A stretch of 64,000 bases of DNA from NCBI GenBank assembly GCA_049294015.1, contig JBAQCH010000345.1, positions 4,279 to 68,278 on the forward strand, read 5' to 3'. Each line of letters begins with the position of its first letter. The first letter of the stretch is position 1. The stretch is from Anaerolineae bacterium (GTDB lineage: Bacteria > Chloroflexota > Anaerolineae > JAAEKA01). The notes beneath the pieces are model-generated. The model ran no database searches and was not told where the DNA came from. It saw nothing but the letters and a program-made list of their open reading frames with translations. The translations under genes were made by a program, and so were the position numbers. Below, piece by piece: positions 51,438-60,651 of this stretch.

Positions 51438-51480
51438 TACGTCTGATTATATAACTACTTTGATAAGGGGCCAAGTTACA

Positions 51481-51660
51481 CGATTACCGCGTGCAGCAAT
51501 GCACCACGACCTGCCCACGGTGGTTACATCCAACTGGACGGAGCGCGAGTTCAGCGAGTATCACAGCCGCATCGCCAGCCGCCTCAGGGCCGCGGTGCAT
51601 GTCCACATTAGCGTGCCGGATGCGCGGGGGAAGATTGGGAGAGGAGCCGTGTTGTGAGCT
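51481..51660 (+). pseudogene. Fragment C of the DnaC/loader-like C-terminus
   Basis: …NHDLPTVVTSNWTEREFSEYHSRIASRLRAAVHVHISVPDARGKIGRGAVL*. Confidence 0.4.
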
Positions 51661-51811
51661 ACCCCTGCATCTGCCTTATCTGTCTTGCCCGCCAAGGCGC
51701 GCCTGCAGGCGGCAAACTGGTCAACCAGGAGATCGGAGTCCTGTCAGGATGCAAAAAAGTGAATAATCCAAATACCGAAGGAAACCCACCACCCACCAAG
51801 GAGCAACCACC

Positions 51812-52051
51812 ATGCCACGCGAAAAACAGGGCGCCCAGACGGCCACCATCGCCGAGACCATAGCCGCCGCGCTGATGGACCCCACCGCCGTCCAGATACA
51901 GCCGCAGAGGGAGTTGCGCCCAAAAAGCCAGACGATCCGCAGCCGGGAGGAGCAACTGCGGATCGTCGCCACAAAAGTGGCCTGCTGCCGGCAGTCAGGA
52001 CCGCGACCGGATCCCGAACCTGCCAGTGTGGGTGTGCCTACGGATGATTGA
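51812..52051 (+). CDS. Hypothetical small protein
   Basis: AAGGAG RBS 7 nt upstream. No motifs. Confidence 0.3.
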   Translation: MPREKQGAQTATIAETIAAALMDPTAVQIQPQRELRPKSQTIRSREEQLRIVATKVACCRQSGPRPDPEPASVGVPTDD

Positions 52052-52066
52052 TCACCACATCCGCCC

Positions 52067-53293
52067 TTAAGGCTGGCTGCTGGCCTGCGCCGTCGGCAGC
52101 AATGTGGTGGTCGTCACGATGTAGCCCGCGCTGGTGCTGCTGATGACCAACTCGAAGCCGGCCACGTTGCGCTGACCGGCGGCCGGGTCGGGCAAGTACA
52201 GCACGCGCGCCTCCTCGAAGCTGGCGCCTGCCGTGGGATCGAGCGATATGCCGCTGATCTGAGCCTGGAGGCCCAACGACGCAGCGGTCATCTGCACAGT
52301 GTCCACCGTGACACCAGCCTGGCCAGCGTTGATGCCATTGGCGGCCAGATTCCAGCCGGCCGCGCCTAAGGTGGCGCTGCCATCGACCAGAGCGAAAGAG
52401 GGCTGGCCGGTCGCCCGATCGTAGGTAACGACTAGCTGACCGCCAGCCTGCGCCAGGTCGCCAGCGTTGAGCTCGATGGTCGTCGTGCCGCCGACCGGGG
52501 CCGTGCTGGCCGCGCTGGGGCCAGGAACGGCGATAACGTTGTTGGACAGCTTGACCGCATTGCCCAGTTGGAACTGCTGGCCAACCCACGTCAGCGACTG
52601 CCACTGCGGTTGGCCGCTGGCGTTGCTGAACCCGTCGAGGCGGAGGCCGATGCCTGCTTCCGGCAGCACCACCTGCGCCGTGTCGACGGCGATCACGCCG
52701 TCCGTCGTGCTCAGACCGCCAACAGCGACCTTGGCCGGCCCCACCGCCACCTGCGCGTTGCCGTCGGCCACGGCCAGCCCAGCCTGGCCTGCCAGGCCGT
52801 CATAGCGGAACAACACATCGGCGCCGGCCTGCACCTCCGGACTGGGATGCACATCGATACGCGTCGACAGGTCGGTGCTGAAGTTGGTTGCTGGGCCCTG
52901 CACCACGACCTGGGTATCGGCAATCGTCAGCGCGTCGCTCTCGCGCGGTCCCACCTGGTTCACGGTGATGGCGTCCCAGCCGTAGGAGCTGTCGCGCAGG
53001 TTGAAGGTGAAGCCGTCGACGGTGGCAGTGGCGTTGAGCGCCGGCAGGTCGACTTGGGCGCCATCTACCACCAACATGTTGTTACGAGTGCTCAGCCCCT
53101 GCCCCAACCATAACGAGAAGACGCCGGGAACAGAGATGACGTTTCTGTCCGAGCCAGCAGGCGCGTTCGGATCCTGCTGGGTTGTGTTGGTCTGAGCGTG
53201 ATCCGCCGCCGCTACCACCAACGGCGACCCCATCGCCAGCAACCCCGCCAGCAGCAGCGCCAGGCAGAGCGTCGTCCATCGTGAGCGTTCCAT
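52067..53293 (-). CDS. Secreted Gly/Val/Ala-rich beta-repeat protein (adhesin/beta-helix-like), unknown function
   Basis: Signal peptide MERSRWTTLCLALLLAGLLAMGSPLVVAAA. Repetitive beta-strand-like composition. Confidence 0.5.
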   Translation of the reverse strand: MERSRWTTLCLALLLAGLLAMGSPLVVAAADHAQTNTTQQDPNAPAGSDRNVISVPGVFSLWLGQGLSTRNNMLVVDGAQVDLPALNATATVDGFTFNLRDSSYGWDAITVNQVGPRESDALTIADTQVVVQGPATNFSTDLSTRIDVHPSPEVQAGADVLFRYDGLAGQAGLAVADGNAQVAVGPAKVAVGGLSTTDGVIAVDTAQVVLPEAGIGLRLDGFSNASGQPQWQSLTWVGQQFQLGNAVKLSNNVIAVPGPSAASTAPVGGTTTIELNAGDLAQAGGQLVVTYDRATGQPSFALVDGSATLGAAGWNLAANGINAGQAGVTVDTVQMTAASLGLQAQISGISLDPTAGASFEEARVLYLPDPAAGQRNVAGFELVISSTSAGYIVTTTTLLPTAQASSQP

Positions 53294-53457
53294 ATGAGAC
53301 CTTCCTTTCGCCTGTGTCTTAGCCCTGACGTGGGGGGCCGATACCCATTACCCCTGTGTGTCGTATGCGTTGAAGAGAACGATTGTCACGCACCTATCAT
53401 ACCACGACATGATCGGCCTGTAAAGCATGATTCCGCCATCTTAGCCGCTCCCAAGGA

Positions 53458-55833
53458 TCATGCCACTCGCACGGCGCTGGCAAAAACACGCTGCTGGCCA
53501 ACCTCGGCCACAGCGCCGATGACCTCAAACGCAGCGCTGAGCGGCAAATCCACCGACGAGGTTCCAACCATCACATGAACCTGGCCGGGCTCGACGATCC
53601 AGCGCATGTCGCGATCGAGAAACGCTAGCTGGTTGACGGCCAGATCAAAGGTGACGGTGCGTCTTTCGCCCGGCGCCAGGTGAACACGACAGAAGCCCAT
53701 CAGTTCCTTGAGCGGTCGCGTCATACTGGCGGCCGCGTTGCGAACGTAGAGCTGCACCACCTCGTCGCCAGCGATGCTGCCGCTGTTGGTCACATCCACT
53801 TGGACAGCTACAGTCTGGCCGGCCTCGGCTGCCGACCGATCGAGCCGCAAGTCGGATAGCTCGAAGGTCGTATAGCTCAGCCCGAAGCCAAAGGGATAAA
53901 GCGGCTCGTTGCTCAGGTCGACATAGGTCGTCTTCCAGTGCGAGCGCCCGCCCGACGGCTTGTGCCCGTAGTAGATCGGCACCTGCCCGACGGAGCGCGG
54001 GAAGGTCATAGGCAGCTTGCCGCCCGGATTGACTACGCCAAAAAGCACGTCTGCCAGCGCGCCGCCGCCTTCTTCGCCCGGCAGCCAGGCCTCCACGATG
54101 GCCGGGACGTGTTCAGCGATCCAGGTAATCGACAGCGGCCGGCCGTTGACCAGCACGACGACGGTCGGCGTCCCGGTGGCGGCCACCGCCTCCACCAGCT
54201 CCTGCTGGACGCCAGGCAGGCCCAAATCAGCGCGGTCGCGCGCCTCGCCGCTGGTGCAGTCGTCGGTCAGGCCCGACTTGTCGCCCACGACGACGATGGC
54301 CACGTCCGCTTGCCGAGCAGCCTCGACGGCCGGGGCAAAGCCAGCGCGGCGGTCGCTGTTGACGTCGCATCCCTGCGCAAAATGCACGATGGTCCCGGAA
54401 GACACGGCTGCCTGGATCGCCTCCAGCACCGAGGCGATCGGGACGAAGTCCTCCACGATTTCGATATCATTTGCAATGGCTGCGCCGAAGGCGTTGTCCT
54501 TCTCGCGCGCCTCGATCAGCGTTTCGACGTGGCAGATATAGGTGTAGTCGCCGACCAGGTTGCGGGACACGCCGGCATTGGGTCCGATGACCGCCAGCGA
54601 GCCGACCTCTTTGGCCAGCGGCAGCAGGTTGTCTTGGTTCTTGAGCAATACGATTGACTGCTGGCCGATGCGGCGCGCCAGGCCGCGCTGCGCTACAGTG
54701 TCGAATTGCGCCGCCGCCCCGTCTTGATCAACATAGGGGTTCTCGAACAGCCCCAACTGGAACTTAGTGCGCAACACCCGGGCGACACTCTGATCGATCA
54801 GCGCCACGTCCAGCTTGCCCTGCTCGACCTGGTGGCGCAGCGGCTCGCCGTAGCAGTTGGTGCTGGGCAATTCTACGTCGATGCCGGCCTGCAAGGCCAT
54901 CCGAGCCGAAGCGCCTTTGTCCGTGGTAATCAGATGGGCCAATTGAAGCTGGTCGACCGCGAAGTAGTCGGATACGACAAGCCCGTCGAAGCCCCACTGC
55001 TCGCGCAGGATCTCCGTCAGCAGCTCGTAAGAGGCAGCGCACGGCACGCCGTCCAGCTCATTGTAGCCGTTCATGACGCTGTAGAGGTCCGCCTCGCGCA
55101 CCGCAGCCTCGAAGGGGCGCAGGAACACCTCGCGCAGCTCGCGCGGCGGGATGTGCGCCGGGTTCCAGTTGAGCCCACCGTCGGTCAGGCCATAGCCCAC
55201 AAAGTGCTTGCCGGTGGCGATGACACCCTGGCGCCAATCCTCCGTCTGCAAGCCACGCACATAGGCGACGCCCATGCTGGCAACCAGGTAGGCATCTTCG
55301 CCGAAGGTCTCCTCGACGCGGCCCCAGCGCGGGTCACGCACCACATCCAACACCGGGGAAAGGCCTTGGTGCGCGCCGACGGCCCGCATCTGCGTGCGCA
55401 CCACCTCGGCCATGGCAGCCGCCAGCTCCGGCTGCCAGGTGCTGGCCAGGCCGATGATCTGCGGAAACACGGTCGCGCCGCGCGCCATGTAGCCGGCGCA
55501 GCACTCCTCATGTACCATCGCCGGAATGCCCAGCCGGGTCTGCTCGACCAGGAAACGCTGGATGGCGTTGGCGGCGGCCGCGCTTTCGGCCGGCCGCAGG
55601 TTGCTGGCCCCGCCGATGCGGGTAATCTGGCCGATGCCATGATGCATCAGGTGGCTGGCGCGCTCCGGGTCCGCCAGCTCGTAGATCCAGGCGCTGCCGA
55701 GCTGGGCGATCTTCTCGTCAAGCGTCATGCGCGCCAGCAAGTCTGCCACGCGGACGTCAACGGGTTGCGAAGGGTCTCGATAGATACCGGAGGTGAATTG
55801 GTGTTCAGCTTTGGATTGGAAATGGGTACTCAA
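53458..55833 (-). CDS. Glycoside hydrolase family 3 beta-glucosidase (BglX-like)
   Basis: GFDGLVVSDYFAVDQL is the GH3 SDW/Y nucleophile motif. The N-terminal (beta/alpha)8, alpha/beta sandwich and C-terminal FnIII-like region are typical at 791 aa. Confidence 0.85.
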   Translation of the reverse strand: MSTHFQSKAEHQFTSGIYRDPSQPVDVRVADLLARMTLDEKIAQLGSAWIYELADPERASHLMHHGIGQITRIGGASNLRPAESAAAANAIQRFLVEQTRLGIPAMVHEECCAGYMARGATVFPQIIGLASTWQPELAAAMAEVVRTQMRAVGAHQGLSPVLDVVRDPRWGRVEETFGEDAYLVASMGVAYVRGLQTEDWRQGVIATGKHFVGYGLTDGGLNWNPAHIPPRELREVFLRPFEAAVREADLYSVMNGYNELDGVPCAASYELLTEILREQWGFDGLVVSDYFAVDQLQLAHLITTDKGASARMALQAGIDVELPSTNCYGEPLRHQVEQGKLDVALIDQSVARVLRTKFQLGLFENPYVDQDGAAAQFDTVAQRGLARRIGQQSIVLLKNQDNLLPLAKEVGSLAVIGPNAGVSRNLVGDYTYICHVETLIEAREKDNAFGAAIANDIEIVEDFVPIASVLEAIQAAVSSGTIVHFAQGCDVNSDRRAGFAPAVEAARQADVAIVVVGDKSGLTDDCTSGEARDRADLGLPGVQQELVEAVAATGTPTVVVLVNGRPLSITWIAEHVPAIVEAWLPGEEGGGALADVLFGVVNPGGKLPMTFPRSVGQVPIYYGHKPSGGRSHWKTTYVDLSNEPLYPFGFGLSYTTFELSDLRLDRSAAEAGQTVAVQVDVTNSGSIAGDEVVQLYVRNAAASMTRPLKELMGFCRVHLAPGERRTVTFDLAVNQLAFLDRDMRWIVEPGQVHVMVGTSSVDLPLSAAFEVIGAVAEVGQQRVFASAVRVA

Positions 55834-55838
55834 GGTCT

Positions 55839-56684
55839 CTATTCCTTCACTGCGCCCATCGCGATACCGTTGACGATGAATCTTGAAAAGATGAGGTAGA
55901 TGACGATGATTGGCACAATCGTCACAGCCAGCCCCAGGTAGATCGCGCCGTATTCGGTGCGATAGACGTCGCCGCGCATCAACTGCACCAACATGGGGAG
56001 CGTGTACTTCTTGATGGAAGAGATCAAGATGAACGCGTTGAAGAAGTTGTTCCAGGCGGCCACAAAAGCGAAGATTCCCAGCGTAACGGCGCCTGGAACC
56101 GCGATGGGCATCATGATGCGATGGAAGATGCCAAACTCACCGGCCCCGTCGACGCGGCCAGCATCGATCAGATCGCGCACAACCACCGATTCAAAATACT
56201 GTTTGCCGAAAAACACGGCGCCGGCCGAAGCAATCACCGGCAGAATGAGCGACGCGTAGTTGTCCGTCAGCCCTAATCTCGACATGTACTGATAGAAGCC
56301 AATAATCGAGAGCTGCATCGGTATCAGCACCAGCAGGATGATGAAGCTGGTGAAGACCTGTTTTCCCCTGAAGTCATACACGACGATGCCGTAGGCCGTC
56401 AGCAAAGAGAAGTACACGGCCAGCACAGTCGAACACACGGCCACGAAGAGACTATTAGTGAAGCCACGCCCGAGGTTCAAGCCTCTTCCCTCCAAAATGC
56501 CGTAATTATTGAGCAAGTTCGTGCTGGGCAGCGCGCTGAGTCCTTGCTGAATCTCCACGGTCGAGCGGGTGGCATTCACCAGTACCAGCCAAATGGGAAT
56601 GACGGTGACAATCGCCAGAACGACGAGGAAGATATAGATCAATGCACGTGAGATCGTGAGGGTTGCTCCATGGTTGGCTTTCAT
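55839..56684 (-). CDS. ABC sugar transporter permease (MalG-like)
   Basis: Six transmembrane helices. EAA-like loop DAGRVDGAGEFGIFHRIMMP. Confidence 0.8.
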   Translation of the reverse strand: MKANHGATLTISRALIYIFLVVLAIVTVIPIWLVLVNATRSTVEIQQGLSALPSTNLLNNYGILEGRGLNLGRGFTNSLFVAVCSTVLAVYFSLLTAYGIVVYDFRGKQVFTSFIILLVLIPMQLSIIGFYQYMSRLGLTDNYASLILPVIASAGAVFFGKQYFESVVVRDLIDAGRVDGAGEFGIFHRIMMPIAVPGAVTLGIFAFVAAWNNFFNAFILISSIKKYTLPMLVQLMRGDVYRTEYGAIYLGLAVTIVPIIVIYLIFSRFIVNGIAMGAVKE

Positions 56685-56726
56685 CTTGACGTCTCCTTAA
56701 GTCAGAGCAGTTTGGCGGCTCGTGCC

Positions 56727-57680
56727 CTAATTCTTCTCTCGCAGAAAGTAGAAAATGCCCAAAGCAATCACCGATGTCATGATAAAGACCAGAACTCCGA
56801 CAGACGAAGCGGCCCCGATGTGGCCCTGAGCGCTGCTAAATTTCAGGTACATCAGCATGTTGTTCGTCAGGATCGAACTACTTGGCGAGCCCCTGCCGTC
56901 GGTGAGCAGAAAAGGAATGTCAAACATCTGCATACCGCCGACCAGCGATGTCACGAAGACGTAGATCAGAATGGGCTTCAGCAAGGGCACCGTGATCCAG
57001 CGGAACATCTTCCCCTCATCGGCGCCATCGATCATAGCTGATTCGTAGAGGGAGACGGAGATCGAAGTCATGCCGGCCATGATGAGAATGATGGTCGCGC
57101 CAAACCACATCCACCATTGAATGAAGATCACCAGACCGCGGGCAACGGTCTGATTCTGCAGCCACTGCACCGGTTCCGCCATTATTCCGGAGCGAACCAG
57201 GGCTTGATTGACGGGGCCAAAGAAGGAGAACAAGCTAAAGAACAGCGCGGCGATCGCCGCCGGCATCAGCAGATTCGGCAGATAGAAGATAGCTCGCCAG
57301 ACGCCCACCGATCTGATTTTCAACCGAATGCTCGTGAACCAGACTGACAGCAACAAAGCAATGCCAATCTGTGGAAGGAAATTCAAAATCCACAGCAGCC
57401 AGGTATTGCCAATGGCCTTCATGAACTGGGGCGTGGCAAACAAGCGCGTGTAGTTCTGCAGGCCGACAAAATCACCTGCGCCGCCCATCAAGGTTGTATC
57501 GGTGAAACTGAGGCGAAAGGTGTTGTAAACCGGATAAAGGCCAAACACCAAGAAGGCAATGATGAAGGGGGCGATGAAAAGATATCCGTAATAGTCCTTC
57601 TTGAACCTGAAACCTGTCTTGTGGCTATTGGTTGCGGCCATGTTCGCCTCCTTAATAGCCTGAGCCAGCATAGTTCTCAC
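56727..57680 (-). CDS. ABC sugar transporter permease (MalF-like)
   Basis: Transmembrane helices. SAMIDGADEGKMFRWITVP. Confidence 0.8.
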   Translation of the reverse strand: MRTMLAQAIKEANMAATNSHKTGFRFKKDYYGYLFIAPFIIAFLVFGLYPVYNTFRLSFTDTTLMGGAGDFVGLQNYTRLFATPQFMKAIGNTWLLWILNFLPQIGIALLLSVWFTSIRLKIRSVGVWRAIFYLPNLLMPAAIAALFFSLFSFFGPVNQALVRSGIMAEPVQWLQNQTVARGLVIFIQWWMWFGATIILIMAGMTSISVSLYESAMIDGADEGKMFRWITVPLLKPILIYVFVTSLVGGMQMFDIPFLLTDGRGSPSSSILTNNMLMYLKFSSAQGHIGAASSVGVLVFIMTSVIALGIFYFLREKN

Positions 57681-57707
57681 TATGCTGGCTCAGGGTGTTC
57701 CAACGGG

Positions 57708-59162
57708 TTAGTTGACGATCAGGTCAGGGAAGTCGATGGCCAGGTTCTCTTTCCACGTGGCCCACATCTGCTCCTCGGTGATAGCGCCGTTGAGGTATTG
57801 GTTGAGCGGGTCGTTCATCGCACGCTGAATGGCATCGTCCGAACCCTGCATCAGTTTGGCATTGACGGAAGGCGCCGCCTCGGCAAAGCCGGCGTAGGAA
57901 TTCTGCCCGGCCAGGAAGGCGCTGAGTTCGGAATTGTCAAAGGAGGGGATGATCTTCTCCACAACCACCTGGCTGGAGACGAAGTCGCCGGGGGCCTGCA
58001 TTTGGTCAGCAGGAACCGCCGGGTCGATGGCTTTCAGAAATTCGTTGGTGTAGACACCGGTTGCCCAGTTGGTCAGGTTTTCCTGGTCCAACGTCGCAAA
58101 CTCGATGAATTTCTTGGCCAGATCCATCTTGGCGCTGCCTTTCAGCACACCCAGCCAGGTGCCGCCCCACTGATAGGGCAGCGGCCCGGTGATGACGCCC
58201 CAGTCGCCGCTGGTATCGCTGCTGCCATCGGCCGACTTCGCATTGGGGGCCAACACGTAGGGCAGGCCCCAGGTGGGCAGGAAGTAGGAGAAGACCTTCT
58301 TGGGATTGCCTTCGGCGTCGACCAGGCTATCGTTCATGCCGGCGAACCAGCCCTCTTGCCATTGCGTCGCCTGGGCCTCATAGCCCTCGTCGCGGAAGAG
58401 CTTGGCGATCTCGACGTACTTGTTGACCATGGGGTCGACAGTCAGCGTATTGTCGACAACCCAAGGCTGCTCGCGATTGGCAAAGAAGGGGTTCTGGAAG
58501 TCACCGCTGGATGCGACCATGTAGGTATCGCCGCCCGACTTCTCTTTGACCACCGCCGCGGCTGCCGTGTATTTGTCGAAATCAGAAAGCAGCGCCTGGA
58601 TCTCGGCCGGATCGTCGGTGCCGAAGTATTCCTTGGCCAGGCTGCGGCGATAGAACAGGGCGCCTGGAGTTGCCTGGTAGGCAAAGGCCTTGGTCACGCC
58701 CTCATTGCTGCCGACGTCGAGGACAAAGGGGTAGGTCTGGGCCGCTTCCGCAACGGGTAGCAGCTCGCCCAGGTCGGCCAGCATGTCGGATTCGACGAAT
58801 TGCTTGACGAAGGCCGCTTCGAGAGCGATGATGTCGGGGGCATCCGCCGTGCCGAGCGCAGCCTTAAGCTTCGTCTGGTACTCGCCGTTGGTCATCGGGA
58901 TCATGGTGTACTTGATGTCGACGCCGGGATTCTTCCCTTCGTAGGCAATGGCCATGGTCATGATTTCGTTGGTGAAGGACCAGACGTTCAGTACCTCTGT
59001 ACCAGCCGGCGCGGGCGCGGCAGGCGCTTCGGCAGCAGGCGCTGCGGTTGCATCGGCGGCGGGCGCCGCGGCCGGCTCAGTCGGCTGCGCAGGCGCAGGA
59101 CAGGCAGCCAAGACCATGGCTACCAGCATCAACAGTACCAATAAGCGAGAATGGGTCTTCAT
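57708..59162 (-). CDS. ABC transporter solute-binding lipoprotein (oligosaccharide)
   Basis: Lipobox VLAAC. Pro/Ala-rich linker, then an SBP fold. Confidence 0.8.
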   Translation of the reverse strand: MKTHSRLLVLLMLVAMVLAACPAPAQPTEPAAAPAADATAAPAAEAPAAPAPAGTEVLNVWSFTNEIMTMAIAYEGKNPGVDIKYTMIPMTNGEYQTKLKAALGTADAPDIIALEAAFVKQFVESDMLADLGELLPVAEAAQTYPFVLDVGSNEGVTKAFAYQATPGALFYRRSLAKEYFGTDDPAEIQALLSDFDKYTAAAAVVKEKSGGDTYMVASSGDFQNPFFANREQPWVVDNTLTVDPMVNKYVEIAKLFRDEGYEAQATQWQEGWFAGMNDSLVDAEGNPKKVFSYFLPTWGLPYVLAPNAKSADGSSDTSGDWGVITGPLPYQWGGTWLGVLKGSAKMDLAKKFIEFATLDQENLTNWATGVYTNEFLKAIDPAVPADQMQAPGDFVSSQVVVEKIIPSFDNSELSAFLAGQNSYAGFAEAAPSVNAKLMQGSDDAIQRAMNDPLNQYLNGAITEEQMWATWKENLAIDFPDLIVN

Positions 59163-59302
59163 CGGGTTACTCCTCCTAAAGAGTGTGAAATGTGGAACAT
59201 CGCAAGAGAACCAACAGTGTGAGCAAGTGAAGCTATTTGGATTGGGAATGCCTCCTTGTGTGAGATCGCCGGTACAACATGGTGAACCGGGCTGCCACCT
59301 GG

Positions 59303-60331
59303 CTAACCGGCCGGCGCAATCGGCTGGCAGGAGTTGCGTAGCACCAATTTCGTCGCCAGTTCGCGGTATTCAAATGGCCGTCCCGGATCATCGATGCAGG
59401 CCAGCAGCATCTGCACGGCCTGCCGGCCCATCTCGTGCAGAGGCTGATGCACCGTTGTCAACGCTGGCGAGACACCGGCTGCCTGCGGTACGTCATCGAA
59501 GCCCAGGACGGAAACATCCTGCGGAATGCGCAGACCGACATTGCGAATGGCGTCCATGGCGCCAAAAGCCATCACGTCGTTGGATGCAAATATCGCGCTG
59601 GGCGGATTGGGCAATGCCAGCAGCGCCAGCGCGCCGGCGTGGCCGGCTGGCTGCTGATAGTTCCCCTCGACCACCAGCGCCGGATCCTCGGCCAAGCCGT
59701 GATCCGAAAGCGCCTGGCGATAGCCGAGGAGGCGCGAGCGAGCGGAACCCATCGCCATGTTGCCGGTGATGAAGCCAATGCGCCGATGCCCCAAGCTGAA
59801 GAGATAGCTGGTGCCTTCATAGACGCCCTGGCGGTTGGTGCAACTGACGGCTGGACCCACAGCCGAACCTTCGTAATCGATCAATACATAGGGAAAGCGG
59901 CGCTGAGCCAGAAGCTCGCCATAGGGCTCCACATCGAACGGCAGCACCAGCAGCAGTCCATCGGCCATACCGCCCACGATGGTGGCCACGTACTCTGGCT
60001 CGCGCGCTTGTTGATGGGTCGTGAACAACAGCATTTCGCGATCGGTGCCGGCAATCTCAGCGTCGATGCCGGCCACGATCTCGCCCACATAGCCGGTGCC
60101 CAAATCGCGTACCAGCAGGCCGATCATTTGCGAGCGGCCGGTTCGCAGGCTGCGCGCCTGGCGATTGGCGACGTAGCCCATGCGGTCCAGCGCGGCTGAA
60201 ACCCGCTCCCGCGTTTCCAATTTGACATAGGGATCGTCATTCAGCACGCGCGACACGGTCGCGTAAGACACGCCTGCTGCACGGGCTACGTCGATAATTG
60301 TGACTCGGCTGGAGGTGGCGGTGTGGCTCAT
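59303..60331 (-). CDS. LacI-family transcriptional regulator
   Basis: N-terminal HTH VTIIDVARAAGVSYATVSRVLN plus a periplasmic-binding-protein-like domain. Confidence 0.85.
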   Translation of the reverse strand: MSHTATSSRVTIIDVARAAGVSYATVSRVLNDDPYVKLETRERVSAALDRMGYVANRQARSLRTGRSQMIGLLVRDLGTGYVGEIVAGIDAEIAGTDREMLLFTTHQQAREPEYVATIVGGMADGLLLVLPFDVEPYGELLAQRRFPYVLIDYEGSAVGPAVSCTNRQGVYEGTSYLFSLGHRRIGFITGNMAMGSARSRLLGYRQALSDHGLAEDPALVVEGNYQQPAGHAGALALLALPNPPSAIFASNDVMAFGAMDAIRNVGLRIPQDVSVLGFDDVPQAAGVSPALTTVHQPLHEMGRQAVQMLLACIDDPGRPFEYRELATKLVLRNSCQPIAPAG

Positions 60332-60361
60332 AGGTGAAGAGGGCAGAGATCAATTCCTTCT

Positions 60362-60373
60362 GAAAACGTTTTC
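60362..60373. promoter_or_regulatory. Candidate LacI-type operator, palindrome GAAAACGTTTTC within a tandem 14-bp repeat TTCTGAAAACGTT(T/C)
   Basis: Perfect 12-bp palindrome with a central CG, 31 nt upstream of the LacI start. Direct repeats at 60357-60370 and 60371-60384. Confidence 0.45.
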
Positions 60374-60651
60374 TGAAAACGTTCACAGAAAGAATATCAC
60401 AAGTCTTTGCCTTTGTCAATACCCCCTGCTGGGCCAAATCCATGGAAACCCGAAGGGTCTCAACCCACTTTGAAACACACCCCTCTCAACGGAGTACAGC
60501 GTCAACAAAGTAACTGCGCATCGGCGCCCGGCGCTTTTACGACGATTCGCACATGATGACAAGCGCGGTTCAAGCGCCGGGCGCCTCAATTGCTTCGTTT
60601 ACAGCGTGCTGAGGGCCATCGAATGCTCGACTAGCTGGCTTCCAGGCTGCC

